Assembly: GCA_012295275.1 (NCBI GenBank)
Contig: CM022679.1
Coordinates: 2,046,001-2,110,000 of the forward strand
Source of the DNA: Chrysomallon squamiferum
Taxonomy: Eukaryota > Animalia > Mollusca
Direction of reading: 5' to 3'
Length of the DNA: 64,000 nucleotides
The translations under genes were made by a program, and so were the position numbers. The notes below the pieces were generated by a model. It was not told where the DNA came from. It saw only the letters and a program-made list of their open reading frames with translations, and made no database searches. Below are positions 1 to 12,548 of the stretch, piece after piece. Each line of letters starts with the position of its first letter. The stretch's first letter is position 1.

Positions 1-913
1 TAAAATAAAGAACAAATTTTAAAGTAATATTAATATTATAATAATAATAATTACAATAACAATAATAATAATAATAATAGCATAATTTTAAAAAATAATA
101 AAATAAAAATAATAAGGTAGAAAAAGGTGTGTAAAGAAGATGTTTGTATGCAGGAAGAAGAAGAAGAAATAAAAAAAAATAATAATAATAAAAAATAAAT
201 TATAAAAAATTAAATATTATAAAAATTAAATAATATAAAAAATAGATAAATAAATAAATAAAAGAGAAGAAATCAAAGTTAAATAATGAAATTAAAGAAG
301 AAATTTTAAAGTAATATTAATATTATAATAATAATAATTACAATAATTAATTTTAAAAAATAATAAAATAAAAATAATAAGGTAGAAAAGGTGTGTAAAG
401 AAGATGTTTGTATGCAGGAAGAATAAGAAAAAAAAAAAAATAATAATAAAAAAAATAAATTATAAAAAATTAAATATAAAAATTAAATAATATAAAAAAT
501 AAATAAATAAATAAAAGAGAAGAAATCAAAGTTAAATAATAAAATTAAAATAAAGAAGAAATTTTAAAGTAATATTAATATTATAATAATAATTATTACA
601 ATAACAATAATAATAATAATAATAGCAGCATAATTTTAAAAAAATAAATAAAATTAAAATAATAAGGTAGAAAATGGTGTGTAAAGAAGATGTTTGTATG
701 CAGGAAGAAGAAGAAGAAGAAGAAATAAAAATAAAAAACAAAATATAATAAAAAATAAATTATTTAAAATTAAATATTATAAAAAATAAATAATATAAAA
801 AAATAAATAAATAAATAAAAGAGAAGAAATCAAAGTTAAATAATAAAATAAAGAAGAAATTTTAAAGTAATATTAACATTATAGTAATAATAATTACAAT
901 AACAATAACAATA

Positions 914-955
<42 letters not shown>

Positions 956-1360
956 GAATAATTTAAATAAATAAATAAAACAAAAATAATAAGGTAGAAA
1001 AAGGTGTGTAAAGATGATGTTTGTATGCAGGAAAATGGCAGGGGCATCATCCATCTCTCGAGTCTTCTTTCTTCTTCTTGGTCTTTTTTTCTTTCATCTA
1101 GGGCGTATTAGTGTTGTATGCGTGATGCGGAAAAAGAATAATAATTAATTAAAAATAAATAAATAAATAAATAAATAAAATTATTGCTTTAAAAAGGCAT
1201 TTAAAATATATATAAGACAGAAAAAGATTTTTGAAGATGATGTTTGTATGCAATGGCAGTGGGATCTTCCAACTCTTGAACTCTTCTTTCTTCTTCTTGA
1301 TCTTCTTTCTTCCATGTATGGCGTATTCGTGGTGTATGCATGATGCGGGGAAGAACATTT
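1..1360. repeat. AT-rich compound tandem repeat (~260-330 bp units) with embedded (TAA)n/(GAA)n
   Basis: The core AATAAGGTAGAAAAAGGTGTGTAAAGAAGATGTTTGTATGCAGGAA recurs at about 111, 376, 661 and 988, with a diverged copy near 1215. The last two units share an additional ~100-bp segment (about 1035-1140 vs 1253-1358). Confidence 0.85.
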
Positions 1361-1369
1361 TTTTAATAA

Positions 1370-1700
1370 TTTAGAAGCGTCGGCCGAAATGATTTTTAAA
1401 AATAAATAAATACAAATTTAGACGCAGATTTAGACGGTTCGCCAAAATAGTGAAGATCGGATTCTATATTTTCAGAAACCATGCCGAATTTGATGAAAGT
1501 AACCTGAATGCCGAAATCAAAACTTAATTTCCGATCGAGAACCTCTTACACGTTAAAATTGATTTCTGAAAGTCACAACTGGTTGTCACTGACGACGTTA
1601 TTTATAATGTCTGCAGATGTAAGGCGGACGTGACGGAAAACACAAGGGAAATGTGACGTCTTCGTGTTAAATGACGTTAATTTGTGTTTGTTTCGACAGA
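1370..1700. promoter_or_regulatory. CpG-rich promoter-like island with clustered CRE half-sites
   Basis: TGACG occurs at about 1590, 1631, 1654 and 1672. A TATA-like TTATAAAT lies on the minus strand at 1600-1607. CpG density is far above the flanks. Confidence 0.4.
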
Positions 1701-2171
1701 AATTAAATTAATTTAAAATTTGTTATAAATTTTTTATTTGAAATGCGGATTAAAGTATACTGCAAGCCACTTTTAGTTTCAGTTTATCACATTTATACGT
1801 ACGTTGAGCGGATGTTTAATATAGAATTCTATAAATTTAAGGTGTCAAAAAGAAATTTTACATTGTATATGGCATTTAATTGCCTATTTGATAAAATGTT
1901 TAGTCCAATATTTTCATATTTGTAGTTTAATAATATAACAAATTATCATGTGCAAAGTTTGTAATTAAGAAGACATTTTCTGACTTCGTAATTACAGGAT
2001 CATATCATTTCTTTACCTGCTGACTTGAACATTTTGTTCGATTCGTTTGTGACGTTTCTGTCGTTTCTTTCTTTAAATCACGAAGATTTAACTCGGGAAT
2101 TCTCGGATAACAGACTCGGGCCTTTACGGGTTTCATTTGGCATAATTGTTTACATGCTGTATATTTCTGAT

Positions 2172-2223
2172 TTTCTTCTTCGTATTCTTCCTCTTCTTCT
2201 GCTTCTTCTTCTTTATTATTATT

Positions 2224-2271
<48 letters not shown>

Positions 2272-2308
2272 GCTGCTGCTGCTGTTGTTGTTGTTGAAAG
2301 TTGTTGTT
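2172..2308. repeat. Compound trinucleotide microsatellite (TTC/TTA/TTG/CTG)
   Basis: Directly visible. It produces the poly-C, poly-V and poly-T pseudo-ORFs. Confidence 0.95.
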
Positions 2309-2617
2309 TTTGCACAGAGGAAAAGAAGAAATAAATTCTGAGAATGATATTTGAATGTTGCATATAGCAGTGTTTTAATACCTTGTAAACATCAGTCTCT
2401 TTTGATTCGTCACTAATGTCGTTTTCTTTTCATTTTTTCCCTATATTTTTTTATTATTTATTTTTGCTATTGTTTTTCTTACTATTTTTCTTTAATCTTA
2501 TTTTCCATGTATACATATAGCAAGCAGTAAAATCAAAGTAATACATTTAAAATAAATCAGTTAAATAAAATAAACTTGTCATCAAATAAATATATATACA
2601 TGATATTTTTTTATATA

Positions 2618-2657
<40 letters not shown>

Positions 2658-3399
2658 ACTTTCCTGTTATTAAAAGTTTTAACATATGCTAAATTATTTG
2701 TATGTAATATCATCAGTCAAATGGTGGAAAACAAAGCTACTGCAGGAAAGTAATATTTGATTTGAAAAAAAATATATATATATCTATATATATAAAATAC
2801 CCTGACGATGTTATTGGTCACAATAAATTAATCAGAAATACCGCGAAGAGCATAATCTGCATTTTCCAAAAGTGCTATTTATTTATTTGTAGAAATTATT
2901 GTTGGAATACTTATAATAAAATACAATTTTTAAAAAATTCAAAATATATCATTATCCACTAAATCTGAAACTTTAAAACAGCTCGAAGCAAAAAATTAAT
3001 TTTATGTATATTTGAAAAAAAAGAAAAAAACATTTATTATCAGTTAAGAATGTGACCAGGTAATAGAAAAATATTAATAGCTAATTCCTTAATATTATGT
3101 TTATTATGGAAAGTACACTAAAAGATAGATTAAGCATTTAATTTGGTTTCATGTCGTTAAACATTGTTTTCATCGCTAATTTTGTTTCACTCTTGTATCA
3201 GTGGTCTAAATATATATGTACATTCTAAATAACTGTTACTTTTTAATATTAATGTTTTTAGATATATTTATATAAAGCCATTTATAATAATAACATATAC
3301 GCACACACCACGAAATAAATATATAAAATAAAACAAAAATAAAGGAAGTGTTATTATTCATGGAGGTACTTTACATTAATCAACAACCCCAAGAAAATT

Positions 3400-3550
3400 C
3401 TCTCTTTCTATGGGACGCTTCGTTTGATTGGCTGATTTTCATAAATGTCCCAGTTTAACGTTTACACTACATTAACAACAACATAGGCTGTCACCAGACA
3501 TCCAGAATAATTTTTCAGTTACATTTTCTTGTTTCATTTTTGGCCTAAAC
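3400..3550 (+). promoter_or_regulatory. UBE2S proximal promoter/5'UTR with inverted CCAAT box
   Basis: TGATTGGCTG (NF-Y consensus) lies at 3425-3434, about 120 bp upstream of the ATG. CpGs are elevated around exon 1. Confidence 0.5.
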
Positions 3551-6500
3551 ATGTCTGGCGTAAGTACATTTTTCACAGTCTTTAACGATACAGTCGTATT
3601 TCGAAAACATTTACAACAGATTTATCATGTGAAACTAAAAAATGAAAGATTTGAAACGCTGAATGTGGATCGGAACCTTCCGACTAGTTCCTGTCGAAAA
3701 TTGTAGTATTCGAGCGTAATATTTCTTTATTTTTCACTTTCAGATTATCAATTTTCCGATCTGAGTCAGCTCATTTAAAAATAATAAGTTGCATATATTC
3801 TAATTACAGAAACGAAGGTTCCAAAGTGCACAAATAACCCAAAAATAACACATTATGATTGAGCTGGAATTCACGAACTAGTTAACTAGTTTTCAAATAT
3901 TTAAATATTTACTTTTATCTGTATGCATATAGCACTTCAGTTGCTTATTTATTAATTAGTGAATAATTATTAATAATCAGTTTTAATTTACTATATAGTA
4001 TTTAAAGTATTTTCAGAAACTAGATATTTAATTATAATTAGAGCTAAATGTACTAACTCATCAAAATTATTTGATTAACAAGACATCACACTTCCAAAAT
4101 GATCTGACTTTTTTCTGGATCTGTTTTTCAGTCTCTGTACTGCAGAGTTACTGCATTTCCAGTATTCAAGATGCTATAAAAATGCCACTAAAAACAAAAC
4201 ACACACCCCATTAATATTATGATAATGTTTATAATATTTACTCTTGATCTACATTCATTTGAATATATATGAGTAATCAAATTTCATTTGAAGAATATCT
4301 AACAATCATTTATTTAAAAGCCATCTGAAGGTATTTGTTTTTATTTTAAATAATGTTGAATGTTTTACAGTCCAGATAGCACACTCAGACATATATTTAT
4401 AACTGAATTTCTGATCAAATAAAGGTTAGGTACTTGAGAGATTTTACAGGAAGAAAGGGAAGCCCATTGCTGTAATTACATGAGCTATCAGTGATTGGTT
4501 ATATTGTAATTTATTGTATTTTATTGTATTGCATTGATTATATTGAATCATGGACACACGTGCACACAAACACCCACACATGAATGTACAAACACTTCTA
4601 TGGACAAGAAAACTTCATTTATTTTGTTTCAGTTTTATCATGCTTTGAGTGTAAAGTCAAGGACTTTACATGAATATTGATAAATAACAGTGAAAATGAA
4701 GTTAATTTAGATCTAGTTACAACATAGACATATTTACTCGTATCAAATACTTTATTTTATATATATATTTATCTGTTCATAATTATTTTAAACTGGTTTC
4801 AGATTTCAAATGTTGAAAACCTATCACCTCAAATTATAAGGCAAGTTTCAAAGGAGCTGGGTGATTTAACATCTCGACCGCCAGAAGGTATTAAAGTGTT
4901 TGTGAATGATGAAGATATAACCGACATCCAAGCAGTAATAGATGGACCAGGTAACAGAGCAGGGGGAGACAAAATTGTGGTTTCAATGAAGCAGCCTGTT
5001 ACAAAAAAATAAAATGCCATACCAAACTAAAATTCAATAAAAAATTGAAAATAAGTTACAAAACTATTTTGCCATATTCATGTAAAATTATAATTACAGT
5101 TACCAATGTTTTCCATACATGACTAATTCAACAGAATTTAAATTATTATTTTTTAAAATTTAAATTTCAAAAATGTTTCTTATATTAACTTTATTTCTTT
5201 TTCTGAGATTAACTATTGAATCAGAATGAAAAATACAAATATATATATATATTGTTTTTTAAGCGGGAACACCATACGCTGGAGGGTATTTTCGCATGAA
5301 GCTGGTGTTAGGAAAGAAATTTCCCACAGAACCTCCAAAAGCTTACTTCCTCACCAAAATCTTTCATCCCAATGTTGCAACAAATGGAGAAATTTGTGTG
5401 AACACACTGAAAAAAGACTGGAAAGCTGAACTGGGTCTCAAACATATTTTGCTGGTATGTTTTTATTAGGACTGTTTATTAATTGGAATATTTTGGTGCA
5501 GTAAAATCAGAACCTAATACATATTCACAATTTATTTTTCAAATTTATCTTTGTTGATATACAACATATGCAGACAGGTACATACATACAGGCATACAGT
5601 CACATACAGACACACAATTACACAGTAACACATACACATTGTTATGGCATATATAGATTTATGAAAGGTTGATTTCAGTAATTTCAATTGCTAAAAATGC
5701 TTTATTTATCTATCTTAAGATTATAAGGACGCAAATAATAGCACTGTATGTTTGCTAAAGATCCAGATGTCAAGACACATGCGAAAACAGGCAGGTCTGA
5801 TCAAAATGCACCCAAATTAACACATCTACTTAAAATATTAAAAAATTTTGATTCCTAGAAATATGTATGTGTACAGTCTAAGACTTAGTCTCTAAGCTGT
5901 ACATCAACGTTCAAAAGATTGAATGATATTTGTAATGTACTGGCTTACTCATCAATTCCTAGGCTTTCCCATATATTTTACATCTTATCAATTTTCCAAA
6001 TTTCTAAACAGACTTTGTATATCCTTCCTTACTGATTATTCTAATAGCTATACATTTTTATGTTGTTTCAGACAATAAAATGCTTGCTGATTGTACCAAA
6101 TCCTGAGTCGGCACTCAATGAAGAAGCTGGAAAATTACTTCTTGAACAATATAACGATTACTCACTAAGAGCAAAAATGTTTACAGAAATTCATGCAAAA
6201 CCTCCCAAGTAAGTATATCCTTCCAGATGAAAACTGAAGAATTTGCTTCTAATAACTAAGAAACAACAGTGCTTAGTAGTGATGGGAGGGGTGGGTTTTT
6301 TTTCTTTTTCTTTTTCTTTTCTTATTACTTTGGTAAGCACTGCTACAAAATATGAATAGAAACTGTAAAATTTGGTCATGTTATATATCTTTACTTCTGC
6401 AACCTTTTATTAGGTTTTCCTGTGGCATATTTGAAATACTGAGTATCTTACACTTTTGGAATGGTTTTGTGTACACAAACTTATTAAAAAATAGTACACA

Positions 6501-7028
6501 AGACTATCCACAGACTGTCTAGCTAAGCTATACATGAAATGCATGAATTTTATTTTTAAATTTCAGTCATGTGCTCAGGCTATCACTTCATATTCCAGTT
6601 TGAAATATTTCCACTCCTAACATTTCTAACAAAGGATTTATAATCACTATTTTTATTATTATTATTAATAGCCTATCTATTTTTTTTTTTTTTCTTTTTC
6701 TTTTAATTATTATTTTATTATTTTTTTTTTTATATATATATACTTTCTTTTCAGCAGAATATTTGGGATTATTAATCTTGTGTTTATTTTTGATTATCTT
6801 GGTTTTATAATGGCAGAAGTCAGACAGAAAGAAAATCGGTTAATCTTGTATACACCGATAACAAGTAACATGAAGTTTTTTTATTTTCACAGAGTTCCAG
6901 CCAGTGATATGCTGACAGTAACAGACGACAAATTCAACGATGGTCCAATGGCTAAAAAACATGCTGGTGATAAAAAATTACTTGACAAGAAGAAAAAAGA
7001 TAAGAAGAAAGTGTTGAAGAGATTATGA
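3551..7028 (+). CDS. UBE2S: Ubiquitin-conjugating enzyme E2 S (K11-chain-building APC/C E2), 5 coding exons, 206 aa
   Basis: Exons 3551-3559, 4803-4950, 5264-5454, 6072-6208 and 6893-7028 total 621 nt with consistent phases and GT-AG introns. Translation: [22 protein letters not shown]...[38 protein letters not shown]...[25 protein letters not shown]...[20 protein letters not shown]...[28 protein letters not shown]. It has the UBC HPN motif, the catalytic Cys and the basic C-tail characteristic of UBE2S. Confidence 0.96.
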
Positions 7029-7972
7029 ACATTTGTTGTGTTTCAGTTTTTAAAAAGAAAAAGAAAACCCAATCAAAGTGCATTGTCAAGCTGACCACTC
7101 ATAATTCACAAGAATGACAGTTCTGTTTAGTGTCTGTGGTTTGTCTAAGTGTTACAGGATCTACATGCAAATACCAAAGAATCTAATTACATTTCATAAA
7201 ATAGCAGCTCTTGATGCAGGACCTACTTAATTTTTAAGAATAAACTCTAATATACATCTCACTTCATTTTCAGAAATACTTCTTCATTTGGTCTTAACAT
7301 TTTGAGAATGTATATTTTACAAGTGGATCTGTTTATTTCATTATCATTTTTTTTATTCTATTTTTTTTTGAAAATCTTGATTAACTGAGACCTAGTGAAT
7401 GAAGCTGTCTTGACCCCTTTTAGCACTTTTCAGCCATATAAATACCTTGAATTAATTTTTATTTCTGTTCATATTAAATACAAATATATTGACAAGTAGC
7501 TTACTGCCTCATAATTGGAATTCATTTCTTTCGAAATTATTATAATTTTAGAAGTAAAGATAGAATTGCAAAAAAGAACACAGGTTAATTCAGGATATTA
7601 ATAAGTTACGTTTATTCATTTAGAGAAAGCATGTGTTAAGTGTAATTTTAGGTGTGGAATTTGCATGTAGAAAAGTGATTGTAATATGAAACTGCAGCTA
7701 GTATCCTCAGTATTTTAGATGGCAGCAGGGCCACAAGATTTTCATTCTTCCTTCTTACTCGTCTAGTGTTCCGTCACTTCTGTATCCTGTTCTCCAGTAA
7801 CAATGAAAAAACCCTTAGTCATCCATTATATGTTTTGTAGTTTTTGTTCTTACTGTACATATGTACATGAGTTAATATGTATATAAACTATTTTATTTAT
7901 GACAAGTCTTATGGCCCTTTCATATGCATGTGTGTAAATGGGTTGATGTCATGTCTCATAAATCATGAATAC

Positions 7973-7978
7973 AATAAA
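7973..7978 (+). terminator. Candidate UBE2S polyadenylation signal
   Basis: AATAAA is preceded by TGTA elements and followed by a T/GT-rich tract at about 7997-8012. Another AATAAA lies at 7239-7244. Confidence 0.4.
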
Positions 7979-10022
7979 GTTATACAATATATTAAAATTT
8001 TGTTTTTATTTTATATCAGCATTGATTATTTATGACATAGTGTAGTCTGTTATATTATCTCTACAGAATATATTTCCAACAAACTCTGCAATTCCTTTTT
8101 AATTCTGCTTAATACAAACTCTTCAGGTTTCACATCTTTTCTGTCGGTCCAAGTTATAGCTCATAATCCTCATTATATTTTTATTTTCTAATGGTCTGGA
8201 TCCTCTTACTCTTTAGTAGCAAACATTTAAAAAAAAATCCTAGGTCTACTGCCATTTACTGAATTGGAATAGGTTTGGTAAAGAAGTAATTTTCAGTCAT
8301 TTTACCATTAATGGTGACACGTTTCTTGTAATAAGATTGTATAACAGAAACCTGATTAGCAGCAGGATATATTTAAGCACTTTTCCACGGACAGTAATGA
8401 ACATGTTATTACTGTGACATTAATTCCAGGACAGTACACGTGAAATGACCCACAGAGCTTTCAGCATAGACTGTATCTCACCTTGGACCAATGTTCTCAA
8501 ACAAGCTGATACACTACCAGACTGATGAGGGGTGGTGAAAGACATTAATGAACTGAAACATTCACTTTCAGTTCTGTCAGATTTGCTATATAACCAGAAC
8601 TAACCACATTAAAAATCATTAACTTCTTTATTTATGAATTAAGACCTTCACATATTCACACTTAACTGTGGATTAAAATTTTATATTTACATTCAAACTA
8701 AAGATGACATAAAAAATGAATGCCTGAAATGCAAGTCAAATTTTCATCCAATGAATGTCAAATGAGTAAATGAAATACATATAAAAAGAAAAAAAAATAT
8801 GCAGTTTATTGAGTTGAGTAATAAAAGCAGACATCTTTCTTTGTAAATGAAAAATTGGTCAAATTATTGTAAAACAAAACATTAGAAAAAAATTACGAAT
8901 TTAAATTTATTGTCATTTTTAAAAAATCATCGTTAATCTATAAATCAGGCAACACCTTTATGGATGTTATTGTGTATGTGAGGAAGAATATAACTGAATA
9001 TTTAACTCTGGACACAGGTCTGTACTGTTGTATGCAATTTGAACTAGAAACAACAATAACTGCAATAATAAAACTGAACAAAAACTGTCACCCCAAGCGC
9101 CTTCAAAACATTTTTACAATATAATTATTAAGTTATAACCTGAAAATTATGATACAAGAAAAGCAGTATATTCTAGATATTAAATCTTGTAATATCAGAG
9201 ACTAATAAAAAAAATAAAAAAATTAATTGCAAAATAAAAGGAGATGAAAATGTTTTTAATACAAGAATATTTAGAACTGTTGGTTGCAGGAATAAACATA
9301 ATAAAGTTGTTAATTATTAATCAATGTCAAAATGGATATTAATTACCTTAAAAAAGAAACACCTAACTTTTAACACTTTATAACAATCTAAAACAAAGAC
9401 TTTTTAATATTATTTGTTGAATAACAAGTGAAAAAAATAATCAATTTAAAAAACCATTTTATTTGCAAGATAAATTAAAAATAAAAGATGTTTGTTTTAT
9501 CTGTTTCCAGATTATTTTACATTTTTATGAAACATTTGACATCTTATGTATTTCTTCAAACCACTGACTAAATGAACAAAATGTCACCTGTCAAACTTTA
9601 ATATCATAAATCAGTAAGCCAAAATAAAAATGAAGGCAAAAAAAATATAATAACAATAATATAAATAACTAAATAAAAATAAAATAATTAGAAACGAAGG
9701 CAACCAAAAAATATTGTAGTTTCTCTGATTCTTAATTTCTAAACGTGGCAGTGTTCCAAAATATATTATACTAAAAACAACATCTGGTTGATAAACCTTG
9801 AAAAGCTTAGAGATGTGATTCATTTCAAATATATCTGAGTAAACTAACGTTCAATGTGGTCAAAATCCAAGTTATTTACTGTTCAAGTGAAATATGAATC
9901 ACTGACTCAAATCCAATTTGATCAGTTTACTAATTCAAACAGAATTTATGTGATCACTTACAATTTAAGAATGGTTATTAAAAACATGAACAAGTGATAA
10001 TGAAGAGATAAAATAACAATGT

Positions 10023-12353
10023 TTATCGAGATGAACTTGAGCTTGATCTACTGTATCTTCTTCTTCGTGCTGGAGAACGTGATCGGCGCCGTGGAGGTGG
10101 TGATCGGCGTCTTGGTGGTGGTGACCTGGAACACAAAACCAAAAACTCAGCATTTTATACATTTACATTTTACATTTATAAGTGTTCTTACTAAGTATTA
10201 TTTATTAATCTTTCTCTCTCTCTCTATACACAGACACTCAGACATATTGATCTTTATACCTTTAAAATAGAGTTGACTATATCATTATCATTGATTTTGA
10301 CAAGTGCTTTCTTGTGGACATAAAATATTACCTACTGTTAATCAGTATTAGTAACCAATGACGTGATGCAGTGGGTTTAACAACTATTTAGTATACAATG
10401 CTTTAATAACAAATACTCATCAGTTTGTTTTAGTAAAACCTTACCTTCTTCTGTCTCTGCCTCCTCGTGGTGGGGAGGGTCTCCAACGTGGTGGAGCTCG
10501 TCTTAGTGGACTACGGCGTGGTGGTGGTCGTGATGGTCTTGGAGGTAAAACAGCAGCTGCAGTTATTTCCTGTCCATCTATCTGACCTGGTGCATTAAAA
10601 ATGACATGAGTATCAGAGCTGAATAATGCACTCGGCTGATAACGTATATACAAATACTTATATTTAAAAAACTAAATTAACATTAATTACTAGTCTCACC
10701 TCCATCCATATGTTTGATAGCCTTTTCTGCTGCTTCGGCCGTTTCATATTCAACATATGCTAGACATCGAGACACATTGTGGATTCTGTCTGCTGGCATT
10801 TCGACATGTTTGATAGGACCATACACTGAAAATATCTCCAATATGTGATCTTTGTTCACATTTCTTGTAAGATGACCCACATGAACTTTTACTGGTCGTG
10901 GCGTTGGACTTCTCTTCCTCTTCTTTGGTGAACTGGAATTTAAAAAAATCAAAATAATTAAAATTTATCTATATTTATCTGCAAAATAATCAGAATTAAT
11001 CTGTATTTATCAATAAAATAATAAGAATTTATCTCTATTTGTAACATGATTGGACAAAAAGCAGTATTTTCATCTTTTTTATAAAGTACTGTAAATAACA
11101 TTGTATTTTTATCTTTATCATTAATAGATAAAATACAGTACAAAATTCAGAATAGTATGTTTTTATTACTGTTATACTTATTACTTTACTGTAACTTTCT
11201 AGGAAACTACTAACAAAAAATAATTTGTTTCTACTGATAGCCTGTACCTTGTATACAGTGACTTCACAAATTCAAAATTTCTGCCCAATTTCTGACATTG
11301 TGGGATAGGAATAATAGCACTGATCAAAACTGAAACAATTCTTCAATTTTGTGTTCCTTCTAAAGTATGTTAATTAATAAACAATATTAACTATTCTTAA
11401 TTTTTATTTTTGCACATTCTAAGGCACTGTTTTGTTTCTAGATGAAGCTAGTAAGTAGAAAACACCCACCCTGACTTCTGTCTTCCTCTAGTTCTGCTTG
11501 GACTGCTGTCACTGCTGCTACTGGAAGAGCGGCTGGAACTTGAACTGCCTGACCTTGAACTACTTCCAGAACTACTGCTACCTGTACTGCTACTTCCTGA
11601 GGAAGACGATGACCCTGATCTACTCCTAGACCCTGATGATCTAGATGAAAAATATAATAATAATTATAAAAAATTTAACTAACTGAACTTTGAAATCCAC
11701 AAGGTATGATTATGCACACAATCTTTACTTTTTTACCCTAACCCGTGTATCTACTTTTTATGTTTAATAAATAAATTCCACTCATTTCTAATTTGATGAA
11801 TTGAAAAATATATATATAAATGAAAATTCCTCATCTGTTAGAAAAATAATTAAAGTCCCTGGTGTATAAAAAAATATAAAGTTATAACTGCAGATTCCAC
11901 ATATATTTATTTTGTGATCACTTACGAACTGCTGCCACTACTTGTTGATCCTCCTCGTTTTTGTCGATCTTTAACCAACTCCTTTTTATCAGCATCACCA
12001 ACTTTCTTCCTTTCACGACTTCTACTTGAGCTTCGAGCCCTAAAAGAAAAAATAATTTAATACAAGTAAAATATGAAATATGTGTCAATATTAATATGAT
12101 ATTTCACTACTTCATTTGTTTAATATATAACTAAACTATATAATTATTCAGGCTTACTGAAGTTACTCTCATTACAAACACCAAAAAGTCAGGCCCATGT
12201 AATCACAGTAATTAGTAAACTAAATGGGTGTCTTGAAATTACCCTTTTCATAAGGATATTTTAACTTTTATTTACATTTCAGCGATATATTCTTCTATCC
12301 ATAGCAAAAGTATTTTTTTGTAATAATATTTTGTCACTGGTTAATACATACAT
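10023..12353 (-). CDS. RNPS1: RNA-binding protein with serine-rich domain 1 (EJC/ASAP-PSAP component), 6 coding exons, 254 aa
   Basis: Exons in transcript order: 12352-12353 (AT of a split ATG), 11926-12039, 11470-11640 (Ser-rich), 10700-10932 (RRM: KVHVGHLTRNVNKDHILEIFSVYG...AYVEYETAEAAEKAIKHMDG), 10445-10586 (GQIDGQEITAAAVL...) and 10023-10125 (SPPPRRRSRSPARRRRYSRSSSSSSR*). Total is 765 nt in frame. The first exon is the least certain part. Confidence 0.94.
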
Positions 12354-12548
12354 ATCTAATTAGCTGTATATAAGCTTCGAAAACAAAACAACGCTTCGAC
12401 CAAAGAACCTTTTCACGAGGAATGGATAAACGATGCGACGACACTAAGTGAACATGTAACAGCGATTGCGATTGGCTGCGCAATGCCACTAAAACCTTAT
12501 CCACCAATTGAATTTTATCTTTTCCGAATTGACAACAAACATGGCAGC
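12354..12548. promoter_or_regulatory. Compact bidirectional promoter/5'UTRs of RNPS1 and EEF2KMT
   Basis: The divergent start codons are 187 bp apart in a locally CpG-rich stretch. It contains ATTGG at 12471-12475, CCAAT at 12504-12508 and a YY1-like AACATGGCAGC overlapping the EEF2KMT ATG. Confidence 0.75.

Noticed and set aside
2025-2363. ORFs with poly-Cys, poly-Val or poly-Thr
   Set aside because: They are translations of a TTG/CTG microsatellite with no coding signal.
6780-6892. In-frame upstream extension of the last UBE2S exon (82-aa ORF)
   Set aside because: The extension is intronic. The acceptor TTTTCACAG at 6892 gives the correct phase, and the extension does not resemble UBE2S.
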